Of a stretch of DNA of 64,000 nt, positions 12,817 to 26,689 are shown piece by piece. Source of the stretch: Octopus vulgaris (lineage: Eukaryota); the NCBI GenBank assembly GCA_951406725.2, contig OX597814.1:132804001-132868000 (forward strand). Reading direction: 5' to 3'. The notes under the pieces were generated by a model. That model ran no database searches. It saw only the letters and a list, made by a program, of their open reading frames with translations, and was not told the origin of the DNA. Numbering within the stretch: the first letter of the stretch is position 1; every line of letters begins with the position of its first letter. Made by a program: the position numbers and the translations under genes.

Positions 12817-12849
<33 letters not shown>

Positions 12850-12932
12850 CATATATTATAGATACGTGCATGTCCGTATGTATGTATGCATCCATGATAA
12901 GCGCAAGTTTATATCATTTGATCCCGACGTAA

Positions 12933-13235
12933 GTTTCAACATTAAGGCGATTTGCAACATGTTCATTGGATGTACCAAGAGGAAATGCATGCTGGACCAC
13001 AGCAGATGATAAGGGACAGACTTTATTGCATTATGTTGCAGTGATCAAATGTATCGCGTCTATATATATTTGCATTCATATAATCAATATGGATCGTATC
13101 TACTACAGAAAGTAAAATAGTTCTGTTATTTTTGTCAATGATTTTTGTCAATCACAGGTGTATATTTCTACTGGGATAGAATCGCTTCTTGGTGCATTAC
13201 TAAAGGATGATGTCGTCACAGATTTAAAATAAAAG
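12933..13235 (+). pseudogene. Possible decayed exon with an ankyrin-repeat-like motif
   Basis: Frame 12933-13115 contains ADDKGQTLLHYVA (ankyrin consensus D..G.T.LH.AA) between stop codons. A consensus-like donor AAG|GTAAGA is at 13235/13236. Confidence 0.35.
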
Positions 13236-14019
13236 GTAAGAATTTATCAAAAGCTGTGTTGATGAGAATGTGTAAGATTTCTGTTTTATGCTGAAGTGCC
13301 TGTTCAGAACCTTCTTAAAGTGTTCAGCCAATATTTGTATATTGGTTCTTTGTTTGTGATGTTCAAATTTCTACCCAAGTAGGAAAATATTGAAACTCCA
13401 ATGGGAGCTGTGCTATAATTTTCATGAAATATTTTCAAAATATTTTCGTACATTGTTTCTCTTTTATTTAAACAAGTTATTTATCATGGCACTTAGATTT
13501 CTAGCCACTTCTGCATATGAGGTAAACAGTCTCTTTTAAAGTTTTGCACAGTTTCTTTGTAACCGAAATTTGATTCCACTTCAACAAGGCAGAGAAACAC
13601 ACGAAAACTAGAGCCACCTGTCTTGCGGGTGTGCTAAAAGTTCCCAGGTAATGCAAACACACTGTTACCGCACATACCTATTGCTGTAGAAATTTGTCAT
13701 GACTTATGAAAATGGGAAGGAAGAAAAACGTGATGAAAAGCAAGTGTAGACAATGGAAAAATGCAAGACTAGTTCAGAGGTCGTCATACATAAAAAAAAA
13801 CTACCAAAGAACCTTATTCAATCTCTTTTGTTTTCGACAATATGCCAAGTGGTAAGATAAATTGAATGGGTAGAAAATTTTTTCAGGCCTCGCAGAACTT
13901 AGTGCTTGTTCACACCGTAACTCAAACCAAATGATTGCAACAAAGTAAATCCCCCCAAAAGAAATAAAGGTACCACACGGTAATGCTAAGTGAAGTGACA
14001 GAATACATCGACTGCCCAC

Positions 14020-14230
14020 GTAGACTGCGGCGGAATCTGAACTCAGAATCGAAATGTCAGAACAACATCTAAAAGTCATCTGACTGAGGTTCATACAATT
14101 TCGCCGTTCCGCCACGCTGGAGTGATTTTTATTTCATCGATCCTTGAAGGAAAAACAAGAAAAGCTGATATCGGCGGGAATTAAATTGAGTTCATCAAAT
14201 GTCCAAACAAATACCACGAAGCATTCTATC
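14020..14230 (-). mobile_element. Two adjacent SINE family A fragments
   Basis: TAGACTGCGGCGGAATCTGAACTCAGAA and TTTCATCGATCCTTGAAGG..GGCGGGAATT matches. Confidence 0.6.
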
Positions 14231-14656
14231 CATCACTCAAACGAGTCACCAATATTTCTGTTTATATTATACATAATGTGAAAATATTCGAAATTTTCAA
14301 ACTCCAATAACCAAATTAGAACGAGTTTTGGACATAGTTATAGAATGATACCTTGTATGTATAAATTAAATATAAGTTTCGAAGGAAGAAAATTAATTTC
14401 TGATGGCGATCTGGACATTTCACAATAGAAGTTAAAATATTCAGTTGCCTTTCAAAAATATCATTTCATTTTACGAATTTGCAATTCTAAATCTATCTTG
14501 AAAAATGAAATGGAAACTAATAGTAACTAACATGGATCCATAATAATGGTTGGTGAACTTGGACAGAGCAGGAGAGTTTGTGTAAAAAGTGACACAAAGT
14601 AGGTGACCATAATCATACAACACACACATGTGACTTACACATGATTTTAAGCCCGT

Positions 14657-14717
14657 ATACATACATACATACATACATACATACATACATACATACATAC
14701 ATACATACATACATACA
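14657..14717. repeat. (ATAC)n microsatellite at the 5' junction of an R4-like fragment
   Basis: Directly visible. Confidence 0.95.
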
Positions 14718-15690
14718 AGGATGTAGAGTTGAAGATTGGTCAGGATAAATGTTGTTTTATGGTTGTCAAAAGGAGGAAAACTATAAACCAGACTAGCTAT
14801 ATTTCCATCAATGATTTGACTTTTTCCCTATATATAACGAGGAACGTTACAAATGTCTAGGAGTGGTTGAAAACATATCTTACAATGGCACCTGTAACAA
14901 AACACGTGTCACTAAAGAATATTACAGCCGAATAAAGAAAATTTGGATCTCAGAACTCTCTACATTTAATAAAACAGTGGCCCACAATGTGATTGCTGTG
15001 CCAGTACTTATGCCAACATTTGGGCTGCTTGATTGACCACGTGATAAGATCCGAGCCATTGATGTGACAAGCCGGAAGTTACTAACAAGCACACATAATT
15101 TCCACATGAACAATGATGCAGACCACCTCTACCTAAAACGAAAACAAGGTGGCAGAGGCTTAACATCGATTCAAAACACCTTTGAATGTCGTAGCATATC
15201 CTTTCAGCAACATCTTCTAACCACCAAGTGTCGGGGTGCATCCCTTGACCCAGTTTACATACATGAGGCTGATAACATCATAAAACTTGAAAGGCAGCCA
15301 CTTAAGTAACATTCCTTCTCTTATAACCTAGAATACATGTCCAAAGAAGTCGCACGACTCTTCCGCAACGTTTCATCAGATGAAAGGATGAGCCTATATG
15401 AGCAGAAGAAAGCTCCGAGATGATAGTGACTTTGATCATCAAAGCAGTCTATCATTGACGAACAGCCCGGATTGCTACTTCCCACTTTGAAGGATATGCC
15501 TTCGTATTCCAGGAATAATAAATATCAATCAACTACCTGATGCAAAAAAGATATAGAGATCCCGGAAAAGCAGTAACATGTGACAACCGATGCAGACTTT
15601 GTGGAGTTAACACCGAAGATATCAACCACATCATAAGCAGTTGTCCTAAAATGTCATCACGCTATTATCCACCGATGAGACATGACCTTG
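14718..15690 (+). mobile_element. R4/Dong-like LINE fragment (RT C-terminus/thumb to CCHC knuckle), disrupted
   Basis: DVELKIGQDKCCF, YKCLGV.ENISYNG..NK.RV.KEYYSRIKKIW.SELS.FNK, HLYLKRKQGGRGL and CRLCGVNTEDINHIISSC..MRHD, with stops and frameshifts. Confidence 0.9.
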
Positions 15691-15970
15691 ATTTGTAACA
15701 CACTGCCTAAATTCCAATCTTGAGAAATTAGGTTTCTCAAAAGCAGAAAGGAGAAAGCTAATTCGAAGACTATAGATCCGATCCATCACTGGAACTGTGA
15801 AATCTGTAAAATGTTCCAGAAGTTTATCAATAAAATATATATGAGCATGTCTAGGTATGCAACTGTATGCATAAGAATACATACATAATACCAAACATAC
15901 AAATTTGCACATATACATACATACGTTTGTGTGTATGTGTGTGTGTGTTTGCGTGCTTGTCTGTGTGTTC

Positions 15971-16039
<69 letters not shown>

Positions 16040-16789
16040 TGTGTGTGTGTGTGCTACAAGCTTGAGCAAAGATTCTATCAAATTCTTTTTAAAATGCATT
16101 TAACAATTCCATTCTATGTAAACATGCATAGACACACAAATAAATTACATACATAACTCATCTGTAATTTTCTTCGCGTTTGAGAAAACTTTAATTATGC
16201 AAATCAGTTTTGATCAATAAGTCAATGCTTTTGTGCGATTAAAATGAATATTTAATATACAAATTTATATTTAATGAAACAGTCACTGATAGTATATTTT
16301 GCCCTTGTGCCGCCGCACATATCACTCTGCTTGTTTTTAAAGTAACATTTGTTTATGAGTGATGCATGTACTTGTTTATCTACTAGTTTTATAGGCACAT
16401 TAATCATGAGGAATAAAAATTAAACAACGATTCAAATAGAATATCGTAAAATATACGCGAACGTAAAAAGAAGATAAAAATACATGTTGTAAACTATCGA
16501 TAAATATAGACTTCTAAGAGAAACTATGGCCGTGACGTCAATGACAAAATTTTAATGAGAAGAGAGGAGTATAGATGAATATTGTTGACGAGGAGGAGGA
16601 TGATAATGAAGAGGAGGGAGAGAAGAAGATTGAGGAATATCAAATCACGATGAAGATGAGTAAAATTCTAAACTCTAGCGTGACCTAGTTGATTTATTTC
16701 AGTTTTAGTTTTCAAATATTTGTCAACTACTATTAATGAAGGTCATTTATTTTCTCTTTCACTCTCTCCTCCCTACCTCTCTCTCCCTA

Positions 16790-16820
<31 letters not shown>

Positions 16821-16967
16821 ATCTATCTTTCTACCTATCTGTCTGTTTATCTAAATATCTATCTCTGTAATTCGCCCTCCTCTTTCTCTCTCACTCTTTT
16901 GATGCGTTTTTATTTTGTCTCCCACACACGCTTTCAATCTGCATGTACACAAGAGCACATATGCGCA

Positions 16968-17121
<154 letters not shown>

Positions 17122-17303
17122 CATGCATATGCGTGCGCATGTGTGTATACATATAAATACATACATATATATGTATGTGTGTGCATGTATGTCTATATAT
17201 GTATGTATGCTTGTATGGAATTACATATGTATGTATTAAACTTTACAAACAAAAAACAATTTATATAACCTATTTAAAACAAAAGTAGAAAATTATGTAA
17301 AGC

Positions 17304-17347
17304 ACAGTCTGACGAAGGCTAACATGTCGAAACTTCGGAATCCCTGT
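17304..17347 (+). ncRNA. Degenerate minimal hammerhead ribozyme-like motif (PLE-type terminus upstream of (TA)n)
   Basis: ACAGT-CTGACGA-A-GGC-TAACAT-GTC-GAAAC-TTCGGA-ATC-CCTGT: core intact, stem II GGC/GTC, stem I ACAG/CTGT, stem III imperfect. Confidence 0.5.
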
Positions 17348-17509
17348 AAAACCTTTACAACGAAAAGTTAAATATACATTTACCTGATGAAAAATGCATT
17401 GAGTAATCGTTCAGTTTATTATTAAATAGTTTTTTTGTTATAAATTTACATAGAAACAAACATTGATATATGCATACATATATAAAGCTATCAATATACA
17501 TACACATAC

Positions 17510-17563
<54 letters not shown>

Positions 17564-20500
17564 CACACACACAAACACATATCTGTATGTATTATATATG
17601 TATGCATTTATGTATGAATGTGTGTGTATGTATGTATGTCTCAAGCCATCACGGTTATTGTGGTTAGGTTACTTCTCAATAATCGTAGTCACAGATTCTG
17701 TCAGCTCCATATATGTAGGCACGTGTGTATGTCTCTTCCTTTTTTCCTTCCTCTTTTTCTCTCTCCCTTCTCTTTCTCCCTCTTCACTTCCCGTGTCTTA
17801 ACTCTTTCTCCTTTCATTTCATATTTCCACTACTACTCCTTATACAATGTTCTCATATCACTTCGTTTTGTAAATTCTATGTCGCATCTCTACCTCTCCT
17901 TCATATCTCCGCTTTCACTTTCCCTTTTCCAATCTGCATCACTAATTTCTCTTTATTTGTCTCACTTTCTCTCACTTCTCTCTCAATTTCATATTTTCTT
18001 CAACAACAACCAAAATATTAATTTTTTCCTGAATATCTCACTTTTTCACACGCACCTCTCTCTCTTTCTTTCCCCTCTCGCTTTTTCTCTTTCTCTATCT
18101 CTCTTTCTTCCCCCCTCTCTCTCTCTCTCTTACCACTTTCTCTTCCCCATCTATCTTTATCTCTCTGTCTTCCCCCTCTCATTCTTCACCTCTTTCTCTC
18201 TTCCTTTCTCCCTCTCTCTCTGTCTCTCTCTGTTTTCGTCTCAGTTTTATTTTTGTCACTCAAACTATGTTTACTATTTTGCTACCACCCACACTTCACT
18301 CCAGCATTTTCTTTTATTCGTCTGATCGCCTTTTCCGTTATATATTTTCTTGTTTACGACCTTCTCATTTCTCCTTTTCTTCTTCAACCTTCACCGGCAA
18401 CAATCATTTCACCTTCAGTATCTTTTGTTATCTTTCACAAATCATGTGCGTTTTGTACATCTTCCTCTTTCGTTTCATTCTAACATAGTATTCATCTCTA
18501 CTCTGACTCTGTTCTCTATCCCTCCATGACTTCCCACTTCACCCTGTACCACCCTTTTCTCTTTTCCTCCTCGATTTACTTCTCTTTAGAGTGCTAGTCA
18601 GATGACGACAGGCCACATGCATGACCATTTTCGGGGACTTCGTAATTGGTGGGAGAAAGGTTAGGACGTTATACTCAAACTAGGGACCTGTTCCAACGCT
18701 TAAAGCAATGTGGGCTCAGCCAAAGACACCTATGAGCTAGGTGATGATGTTAAGTTGGGCGATCATTTATGTCTACTATACAATGTAATTTCATAAAATC
18801 TGAATTACTAACACTCATTTTCCGTTATCCTCTTCCCTCGCCCTCCCTCGTTATTCAGTTGTATTTCTGTTTTTTCTTTCTTTTTTTTTGTCGTTACACT
18901 GGCTTTTCTCTGTTTTGCCTCTTTCTCTCTCTCTTTTTTCTCTCTCTCCTCCTCTCTCACTCACTCACTCTCTCTCTCTCTCTCTCTTTCTTTCTTCTTT
19001 TCACTGAATCACCTTTTGACCTTCTCACAAACTCTGACTACTATTTTTATCTATCTTTCAATCTCTGTGTCTTGGAAAACCTTTTCCATTTTCAAGCTGC
19101 TTCTTTGCTTTAAGTGAAATAAAACCTGTAGAAATAGAAGTAAAACAATATACTCAAAGACACTGGCATTTTTGTTTCTGCATGTGATGATCCCACCTTT
19201 CAGATATGCATCTGTGAAGGAAATCAATTCTATTATTATTCTGAACACCAATGTTGATGGTGCTTGTTTAGTTCCAGCTCGACCTTATAATTACTGATGA
19301 TTTAACTGTGGATACTCTTCCTCTCTGCATATCAAGTACTACATCATTCACTGGATCTTTCATTATCTAAGGCTGAGTTGCATGAGATGCGAGGCACTAG
19401 GTTGCTATTTGAAGTAGGTCGAGCGACTGCGCCGAGACTCCTATGTTGTTTTGTGTCTTATACTTAACAAGAAAGCAGCCAACTTATACTTCCATATATC
19501 CTTCGAGTCGATGAGGTAATTAGTCTCTAGGTGGTCGCTTACGCCCTCAAAGCAGTCAATATCCTTTCAATAACAATCTACCGTCATTGCAATAAAGGAG
19601 GAACATGAATTTGATCATGTTGAAATACATACTCTCAAATACATGGTATGTCCGCAACTGGAATACTTTTCATCATAGCTCTGCACAAACCCAGGCGACG
19701 CGGGGCTAAACAGCAACTGTAGTGGTTTTTTTCATATACTGTAAACTTATATATCACCTCTTTTAACATTCACTGAAACCTTACCTTATTTTTGGAACTA
19801 AAACACCTGGTGTCGGTCTTTGTTAACTATGGATTTGATGTTATTTTCTTTCATGCCTTTCAACATAATAATAGCACACTGTCGATCCAGAAAGGTAGTA
19901 TCCAGATGGGCACTTCATTTACAAAAGATAGAACCAAAACCTTCTTCAAATTAGAACCTATAGGTTAAAAAGAGTGATGTCAAACTCAATATTGAAGACC
20001 TTCATATACAAAACGATATGATAGTCAACACATGAAAATTGGTATTTCTCCCTTCACGCCAGTTCTACTCGATACGAACCTCATAGAGTCAAAGATAAGT
20101 GTTCCGTAGACAGAATCTGGAAACGCAAACACCATCTTCGATCGTATTTATTGCATTCTTTTAAAATGTAATTATTTACTACGAATCTCTTTATGTGCAG
20201 CGTGCTCCCTATGACTCAGTGTCTCCTGTTCACCTCATTTATAATAATAATAAAATGTTAACGACGTTTTGAACTTGTTTTTGACAAGTATATATTTTCT
20301 ATTTCTATAAATATATATATTTTTGATTTTGTCATTTACACTAGTCGTTTAGTGGTTGTTATTGTTAACAACTTCTAAACAATCCAGAGATGAACCAGTT
20401 GTAATTATCCTGTCATATTTTCGTACTTCTCCAAAATTGCCCTATCCGATATTTCCTCATGTTGAGGTTTGCTATGAGAGCAAGAAAGGCTGGGAGAGAG

Positions 20501-20598
20501 AGAATAAACTGCTATTTCTATCAGGTCGAAATAGAAATGTCTTTATTGCGTAGTAATACCTAACATTTGCATGGAATTTCTAATACTTTTCCTGTGAA

Positions 20599-21000
20599 GG
20601 GCGGCAAGCTGGCAGAATCGTTAACAACCCGGGCAAATTGCTTAGCGGTATTTCGTCTCTCGTTACGTTCTGAGTTTAAACTCCGCCGAAGTCGACTTTA
20701 CCTTTCATCCTTTCGGGGTCGATAAATTAAATACCAGTTACGCACTGGGGTCGATATAACCGACTTAATCCGTCTGTCTGTCTTTGTTTGTCTCCTCTGT
20801 ATTTAGCCCCATGTAGGTAGTAAAGAAATAGGTATTTCGTCTCCCGTTACGTTCTGAGTTCAAACTCCGCCGAAGTCGACTTTGCTTTTCATCCTTTCGG
20901 TGTCGATTAAATAAGTACCAGTTACGCACTGGGATCAATCTAATCGACTTAAACCCTTTGTCTGTCCTTGTTCAGCCCCCTGTGGGCAATAAAGAAATAA
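20599..21000 (+). mobile_element. SINE family A dimer: full copy 20599-20836 plus a second body restarting at GGTATTTCG (20831-21000)
   Basis: 20647 onward is repeated from 20831. Imperfect flanking direct repeat ATACTTTTCCTGTGAA / ATATTTTTCCTGTCAA. Confidence 0.9.
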
Positions 21001-22051
21001 ATATTTTTCCTGTCAATGTTTCCTACTCCATCAGTAATATATTAAAGATGATTGAATCGACTATCCATATTTTCTGCAAAATATGCACTTCATATGATAT
21101 CATTTTGTTTTTTATCATATACACCTTCCATTCCTTGTCAAATAAAAATCATTCCACTGACACAACCAATAATTCTCCCGCCACCATCACCACTACCATC
21201 ATCGACATAAATAAAAAAAAAACAACAATCTTGTCACTTATCAACATTGCCAGAAAGTAATCAATATTTCGTCACCATAGCTTCAATTCCTGGTAAAAAT
21301 CCTTTCATCTACATTTATGCCACTACTAAAATCCTTTTATATTTCACACTTTTCTATTACCTCTTTTCACACACACGCACACACACACACGCACACACAC
21401 ACGCACACACACAATACGCGCACACACACTCACTAATTTACTAATTATCTAGCAAAGAAGGATTTGCAATACTTTATTAAACGCAAGAGCTTCATTAAAT
21501 CAGTAGAGAGGATTATTTCTCTCTTGCCCTTGTTGTCATAGAAATATCAGCCATAGAAAAAGGCACAATCAAGTGAACCAACCCTGCAGCATAACGCTTA
21601 AGCGTTCTGATCAATCTCAAAACAATTCCGAAAGCAGACACATAAATAAATACTATAAAGTATTTTGACATTTACTATGTCAATACTTTAGTTCAACTCT
21701 TGGTTCTGCTTTCCGACCGCTTTCAACAATATCCATAATTATAGTAAGGATATCTGATATTCGCGCAAAGACTCACGATTTGGGAGTAGGCTGCGTCAGA
21801 TTTAATCGTCTCCAGTACGTGGCTTATACTTTTTTTCTATTAGCACATAAAGATGAAAGGCTTTGATCAAGATTTCAATTCAAACCGTACATTGACAACC
21901 AATGACAAAAAACTGGGAAAATACTAGAAATTGCAAATCAGACAAAGAGTTACGGTGCCATAACAACTTCTCAATTTCTAGTCTAATTATGTCATTAATT
22001 TTCTTTTTGTATGTTTAATGTATAACAATAAAGACTTTTCTTTTTTATTAA

Positions 22052-22262
22052 GCGGCGAGCTCGCCGAATCGACATCTCACCGTGCAAAATGCTTCGCGAC
22101 ATTTCGTCTGCCTTTACGTTCTGAGTTCAAACTTCGTTAATGTCGGCTTTGGCTTACATCCCTTCCCGAGCTGAAAAAATAAGCACCAGTTGAGTACCGG
22201 GGTGGTTATAATCGACTATCCCCTCTCAATAACATTTCAGGCCTTGTTCCTGTAGTAGAAAT
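22052..22262 (+). mobile_element. SINE family A, diverged
   Basis: GCGGCGAGCTCGCCGAATCG..TTTCGTCTGCCTTTACGTTCTGAGTTCAAA..AAATAAGCACCAGTTGAG. Confidence 0.8.
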
Positions 22263-23289
22263 AATTATTAAGCTATCCATTGTGAAGTTACTATCAATGA
22301 ACATTTGCTTTTTATATATTACAACTACATATGCGTATAATTATGTCTCATAACTAACTTCGTTAAAGAGTTTTAGCAGCCACTTTAGCAATAAGTCGAC
22401 TTAACATGCTCAAACAATTATAAATTAACATGTCTTAGGCGCAAGGCAAATTTTTACGACGCCCTTACGACTCTGCCGACACAGCGGTTTATAATGAAAT
22501 AATGGTAATGATAACGACAATAATATTATGTTGCCGCTTGAATTGTGTCGGAAATGCAATGTTGATACAAGAGCGACTTCAAACTAGGAAGTGAGAGCAT
22601 AAGGTAGCGAAAGACTTTGGCGTGTTTAATCAAGGATTCTACACTTTGAACTCCCGCCCCCTCTCGCAACCGCTTCAATGTTATTCTTATTTTGATGTTA
22701 ATAGCTTCGTTGACATCTATCAGTGATAAGTGTAATTTTTACGTCATTTCTTATTCTTTCATTCTGGAATCAAAGAAAATTTCGTATACTTATTTCTTCA
22801 CCATTGTCTTTGTGTGAATTACATCATTAAAATAACGCGTTTTATGTCTGCAAGGTTTTGTAATCGTTTTGGCAGGTGTGACTGATTGAAATTAAGGGTA
22901 TAGTGTTTGTTTTTAAGTCAATGCCAGACTTAATTGAACAGTTTTATGAAAACAGTCGATACGGCTATGACTATCGCAGCTTTTTTTTTCAGTTGTTACG
23001 CAAACGGAACTACTTAAAGCAACGAACTCTTTCTCTCTTCTTTTCGAAGCAGGGTGTGATTTCAGTGAGATTCTGTTACAGCCGAGCAAACAAGGAAACC
23101 TCTAGTGACCACAGCACAATATCGCTGAAGTGACTAACGAGAATCTTTTATAAATAACAAAAGAAAACGAAAAAGATGACAAAGTAATCTAGTCAGTGTA
23201 CACAAAATGAGACAGGATTGTTACAGATGGAATGCCTTTAATAAAATATCTGTCCATCTCGCACACATACACTTACATTCATCCATTCA

Positions 23290-23493
23290 TAGACAGACAG
23301 ACAGATAGACAGACAGACATGTAGATAGACAGATAGATAGATAGATAGATACATACATACATACATACATACATACATACATACATGGATAGATAGATAG
23401 ATGGATAGATAGATAGATGGATAGACAGACAGACAAACAGATAGATAGATACGTAGGTAGGTAGATAGATAGATAGGTGCGTAGGTAGGTAGG

Positions 23494-23552
<59 letters not shown>

Positions 23553-23574
23553 ATAGATATATATATATATATAT

Positions 23575-23651
<77 letters not shown>
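23290..23651. repeat. Compound (GACA)/(GATA)/(ATAC)/(GGTA)/(TA) microsatellite
   Basis: Directly visible. Confidence 0.95.
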
Positions 23652-24058
23652 CACACTCATACAGTGACAGAGATGGTGGGAGAAATGGGAAGTGTACTAA
23701 ATGAGAATATATTTATTTGTTCAAATATTTGAAAATTGCATAATTTCCTGTTAAGAAATTAGCATCGTTATATATTTTATTGTTCCTTAATTTTCTTTCT
23801 TTGTGTGTATGCGTTTGGCTATGCTTTGAGTGTATGCGTTTGTATACGTCTCTCCCACGCCAATCGCTCCAACCATTACTATCCTCCACCTAGTTTTCGT
23901 TTTCCTGTATATGTCTCGATGTCTGCCAATAATTCTTTAAATTTTTTGCTTGTATTCAACTAATATGTCTCCTGTCTCTCTACAAGATTACCAGCCTATT
24001 ATGTCAAGATCAATTCTTTAAAATATTCTTTGAAAAAATATACGAATCTTCAGATTTG

Positions 24059-24089
24059 TATTATTATTATTATTATTATATTATTATTA

Positions 24090-24153
<64 letters not shown>

Positions 24154-24341
24154 GTTATTATTATCATTATTATTATTATTATTATCATTATTATTATTTG
24201 GTGTTGCTGTTTCTTTTAATTCTACGTTGCAATGATTTTAACTATTTGCTATTGCTATTTAGCTTTGAATGTCGCTGTGGTATGTATGTGTACACGTATG
24301 GATACAGTAGTTGAAGGAGGGCAAGACAACATATGATGATG

Positions 24342-24400
<59 letters not shown>

Positions 24401-24452
24401 AAGAAGAAGAAGAAGAAGAAGAAGAAGAAGAAGAAGAAGAAGAAGAAGAAGA
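24059..24452. repeat. (ATT)n tract, then opposite-strand (AAT)n and (GAA)n tracts
   Basis: Directly visible. Confidence 0.95.
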
Positions 24453-25109
24453 AATCCATACTTGGTCAATATTCCCTAAGAAGGGAAAATATTGCCCCTC
24501 ACTCTCTCTCTCTCTTCTTCTTCTTCTTCTCCTCCTTCTTCTTCACCTCCTCCTCCTCCTCTTCCTCTCTGTCTCTAACTTCTATGTCTCTCTTTAAATT
24601 TTTTTCTCTGTCGAACCATTCATTTCGTTCTCCCTCCCGCTCTCACTCTCTCCCGCTTTCCCCCTATCTCTCGCCCTCGTCCCTCTTTCTCACTATCTCT
24701 CTCCCTCCTCCCTCTTTCTCACTATCTCTCTCTTCCATTCTGCAACTCACTCTTCACTAGCATCCACCGCGTTGCTCTGTATACATAACCCTGTTTAAGC
24801 ACAAAAAGTTATTTGATTTCATATATCCACTATATCTAAACACGTGTGGGTGCTCATTTTTGTATGCGCATGCTCCAATCATATTGTAGGTGGCATGCAT
24901 ACATAGAGTTTATACTAGTATTACGCACAAATACTAATCTAGGCATTCTTGAAGATGTATTTGGACTATATCCACAAACCCCGATGCGCATGCATATGCA
25001 AGATTTTCATTCTCTTTTATTCTCTCTGCATTACACACACATTCAATCACACATACACGCACACACACATATGTGCATATCTATATGCTTATATATATAT
25101 ATGTATGTA

Positions 25110-25183
<74 letters not shown>

Positions 25184-25237
25184 GATAAATGCATACATAC
25201 ATGTATACATACACATGTACACACACATATATGTACA

Positions 25238-25660
25238 GGCACAGATGTGACTGTGTGGTAAGAAACCTATTTCCCAACGACATGGTTGCGGATTCAGTCC
25301 CACTGAATGGCACCTTGAACAAGTGTCTTCTACTATAGCCTCGGTCCAACCAAGATTTTTGAATGGATTTGGTAGAGGGAAACTGAAAGAAGCCCTTCGT
25401 ATATATTTGCGTGTGTTTGTGTGTGTGCATGTGTGTGTTGTGTGTGTATGTGTGTGTGTGTGTGTGTCTTTGTATCTGCTAGACAACAAGTGTTGGCGTG
25501 CTTACATCCCTATAACTTAGCAGTTTGGCAAATAAATCGATAAAATAAATACCAAGCTTTAAAAAATGAGTAGTTTGGTAGATTCATTCTACTAGAAATC
25601 GTCTAAGACGATGCCTCGGCATGGCAGTAGTCTAATGATTGAAACAAATAAAAGAAAAAG
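25238..25660 (+). mobile_element. SINE family B (tRNA-like head, GGCACCTTGGGCAAG core, internal (TG)n)
   Basis: Colinear with the well-preserved copy at 63203-63608. Confidence 0.85.
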
Positions 25661-25682
25661 GATATCTATATATATATATATA

Positions 25683-25958
25683 TCCACGCAAACTGAGGTC
25701 TGCCACTGGGTCTGCTTCCTACCACTTGTGCCTTCATCACCTTCCTTATCATCCGCTCTTCATCCATCCTCTCCAGGTGGCCAAATCACCTAAACATTCG
25801 TCTTTCCATTTTGGTTGTTAGATTTTCTCTCATTCCTACTCGCCTTCGCACATCCTCATTCCTCCTCTTGGCCATCCGTGTCACACCAACCATAGCCCTC
25901 AAACATCTCATCACAAACACATCTAGTCGCCTCCTTTCCAATTCTCGCAGACTTCACG
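25683..25958 (-). mobile_element. RTE-clade LINE RT C-terminal segment, inverted part of a twin-primed insertion
   Basis: Minus strand: RRLDVFVMRCLRAMVGVTRMAKRRNEDVRRRVG..FR*FGHLERMDEERMIRKVM..GSRPSGRPQFAW, typical RTE C-terminal motifs. Confidence 0.85.
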
Positions 25959-26251
25959 TAATGGAGGTGTTGGCGTGAAAGAAGCAAGAAAGTTTATTAA
26001 TGATCGGAAAGTTTGGAGAGTGTTTGCTCACAGATAAGTGAATTAATGTTGTTCGAAGAGGTACCAGCCTGATGCGGCAGGGTAAACCGGCATATTCTTT
26101 AGGGCCTCGCTGCACATATCGAGGGTTGCGTTATATACCTTGACCCAAGCATAGGACGGGGCTCGCCTCTTTGAAGTGGGAAGTAAATGGGATGCCTGCT
26201 TTGTGTTTTGTTGTGGCTACCCGCTCCCAAAAATGGGGAATAGGCCTGGGT

Positions 26252-26319
<68 letters not shown>

Positions 26320-26320
26320 A
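25959..26320 (+). mobile_element. RTE-clade LINE 3' end (last codons, 3' UTR, (CA)n tail)
   Basis: GGVGVKEARKFINDRKVWRVFAHR* (DR..WR motif; TAA at 26035-26037), then UTR and (CA)n from 26254. Confidence 0.75.
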
Positions 26321-26689
26321 CACTCATACACTCAAATGTATGTGCGTAAATTTGAAAGCAGGGTGGCAATACGGCGGTATATACACTTGACAACAAAAGC
26401 AAACAAGTGCAATAATATAAAATAAAATCTTCATTCGCTACTTAACGCCTCTGGTTTCAGTTGACCATATAATGTGTGTATGCATACACACATAAAATGT
26501 TTACTGTTAAACTGTACTCTATTGACCTTATCGTCTAATAACAGTATCATGTAAGGATCAAAAAATTCTGTCGTTTGTCACGAATCATGTAAGTTTAGAA
26601 TACATAATTCTCTCCACGGGTTACTCTTCTGCATACATTTATTTCGTAATAGATAACCGTGTTAATCATTTCTACTAGACCCGAAACTG

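Noticed and set aside
17618-18325. Longest ORF (235 aa, Leu/Ser/Phe-rich) as a membrane protein
   Set aside because: It arises from a CT-rich tract depleted of stop codons.
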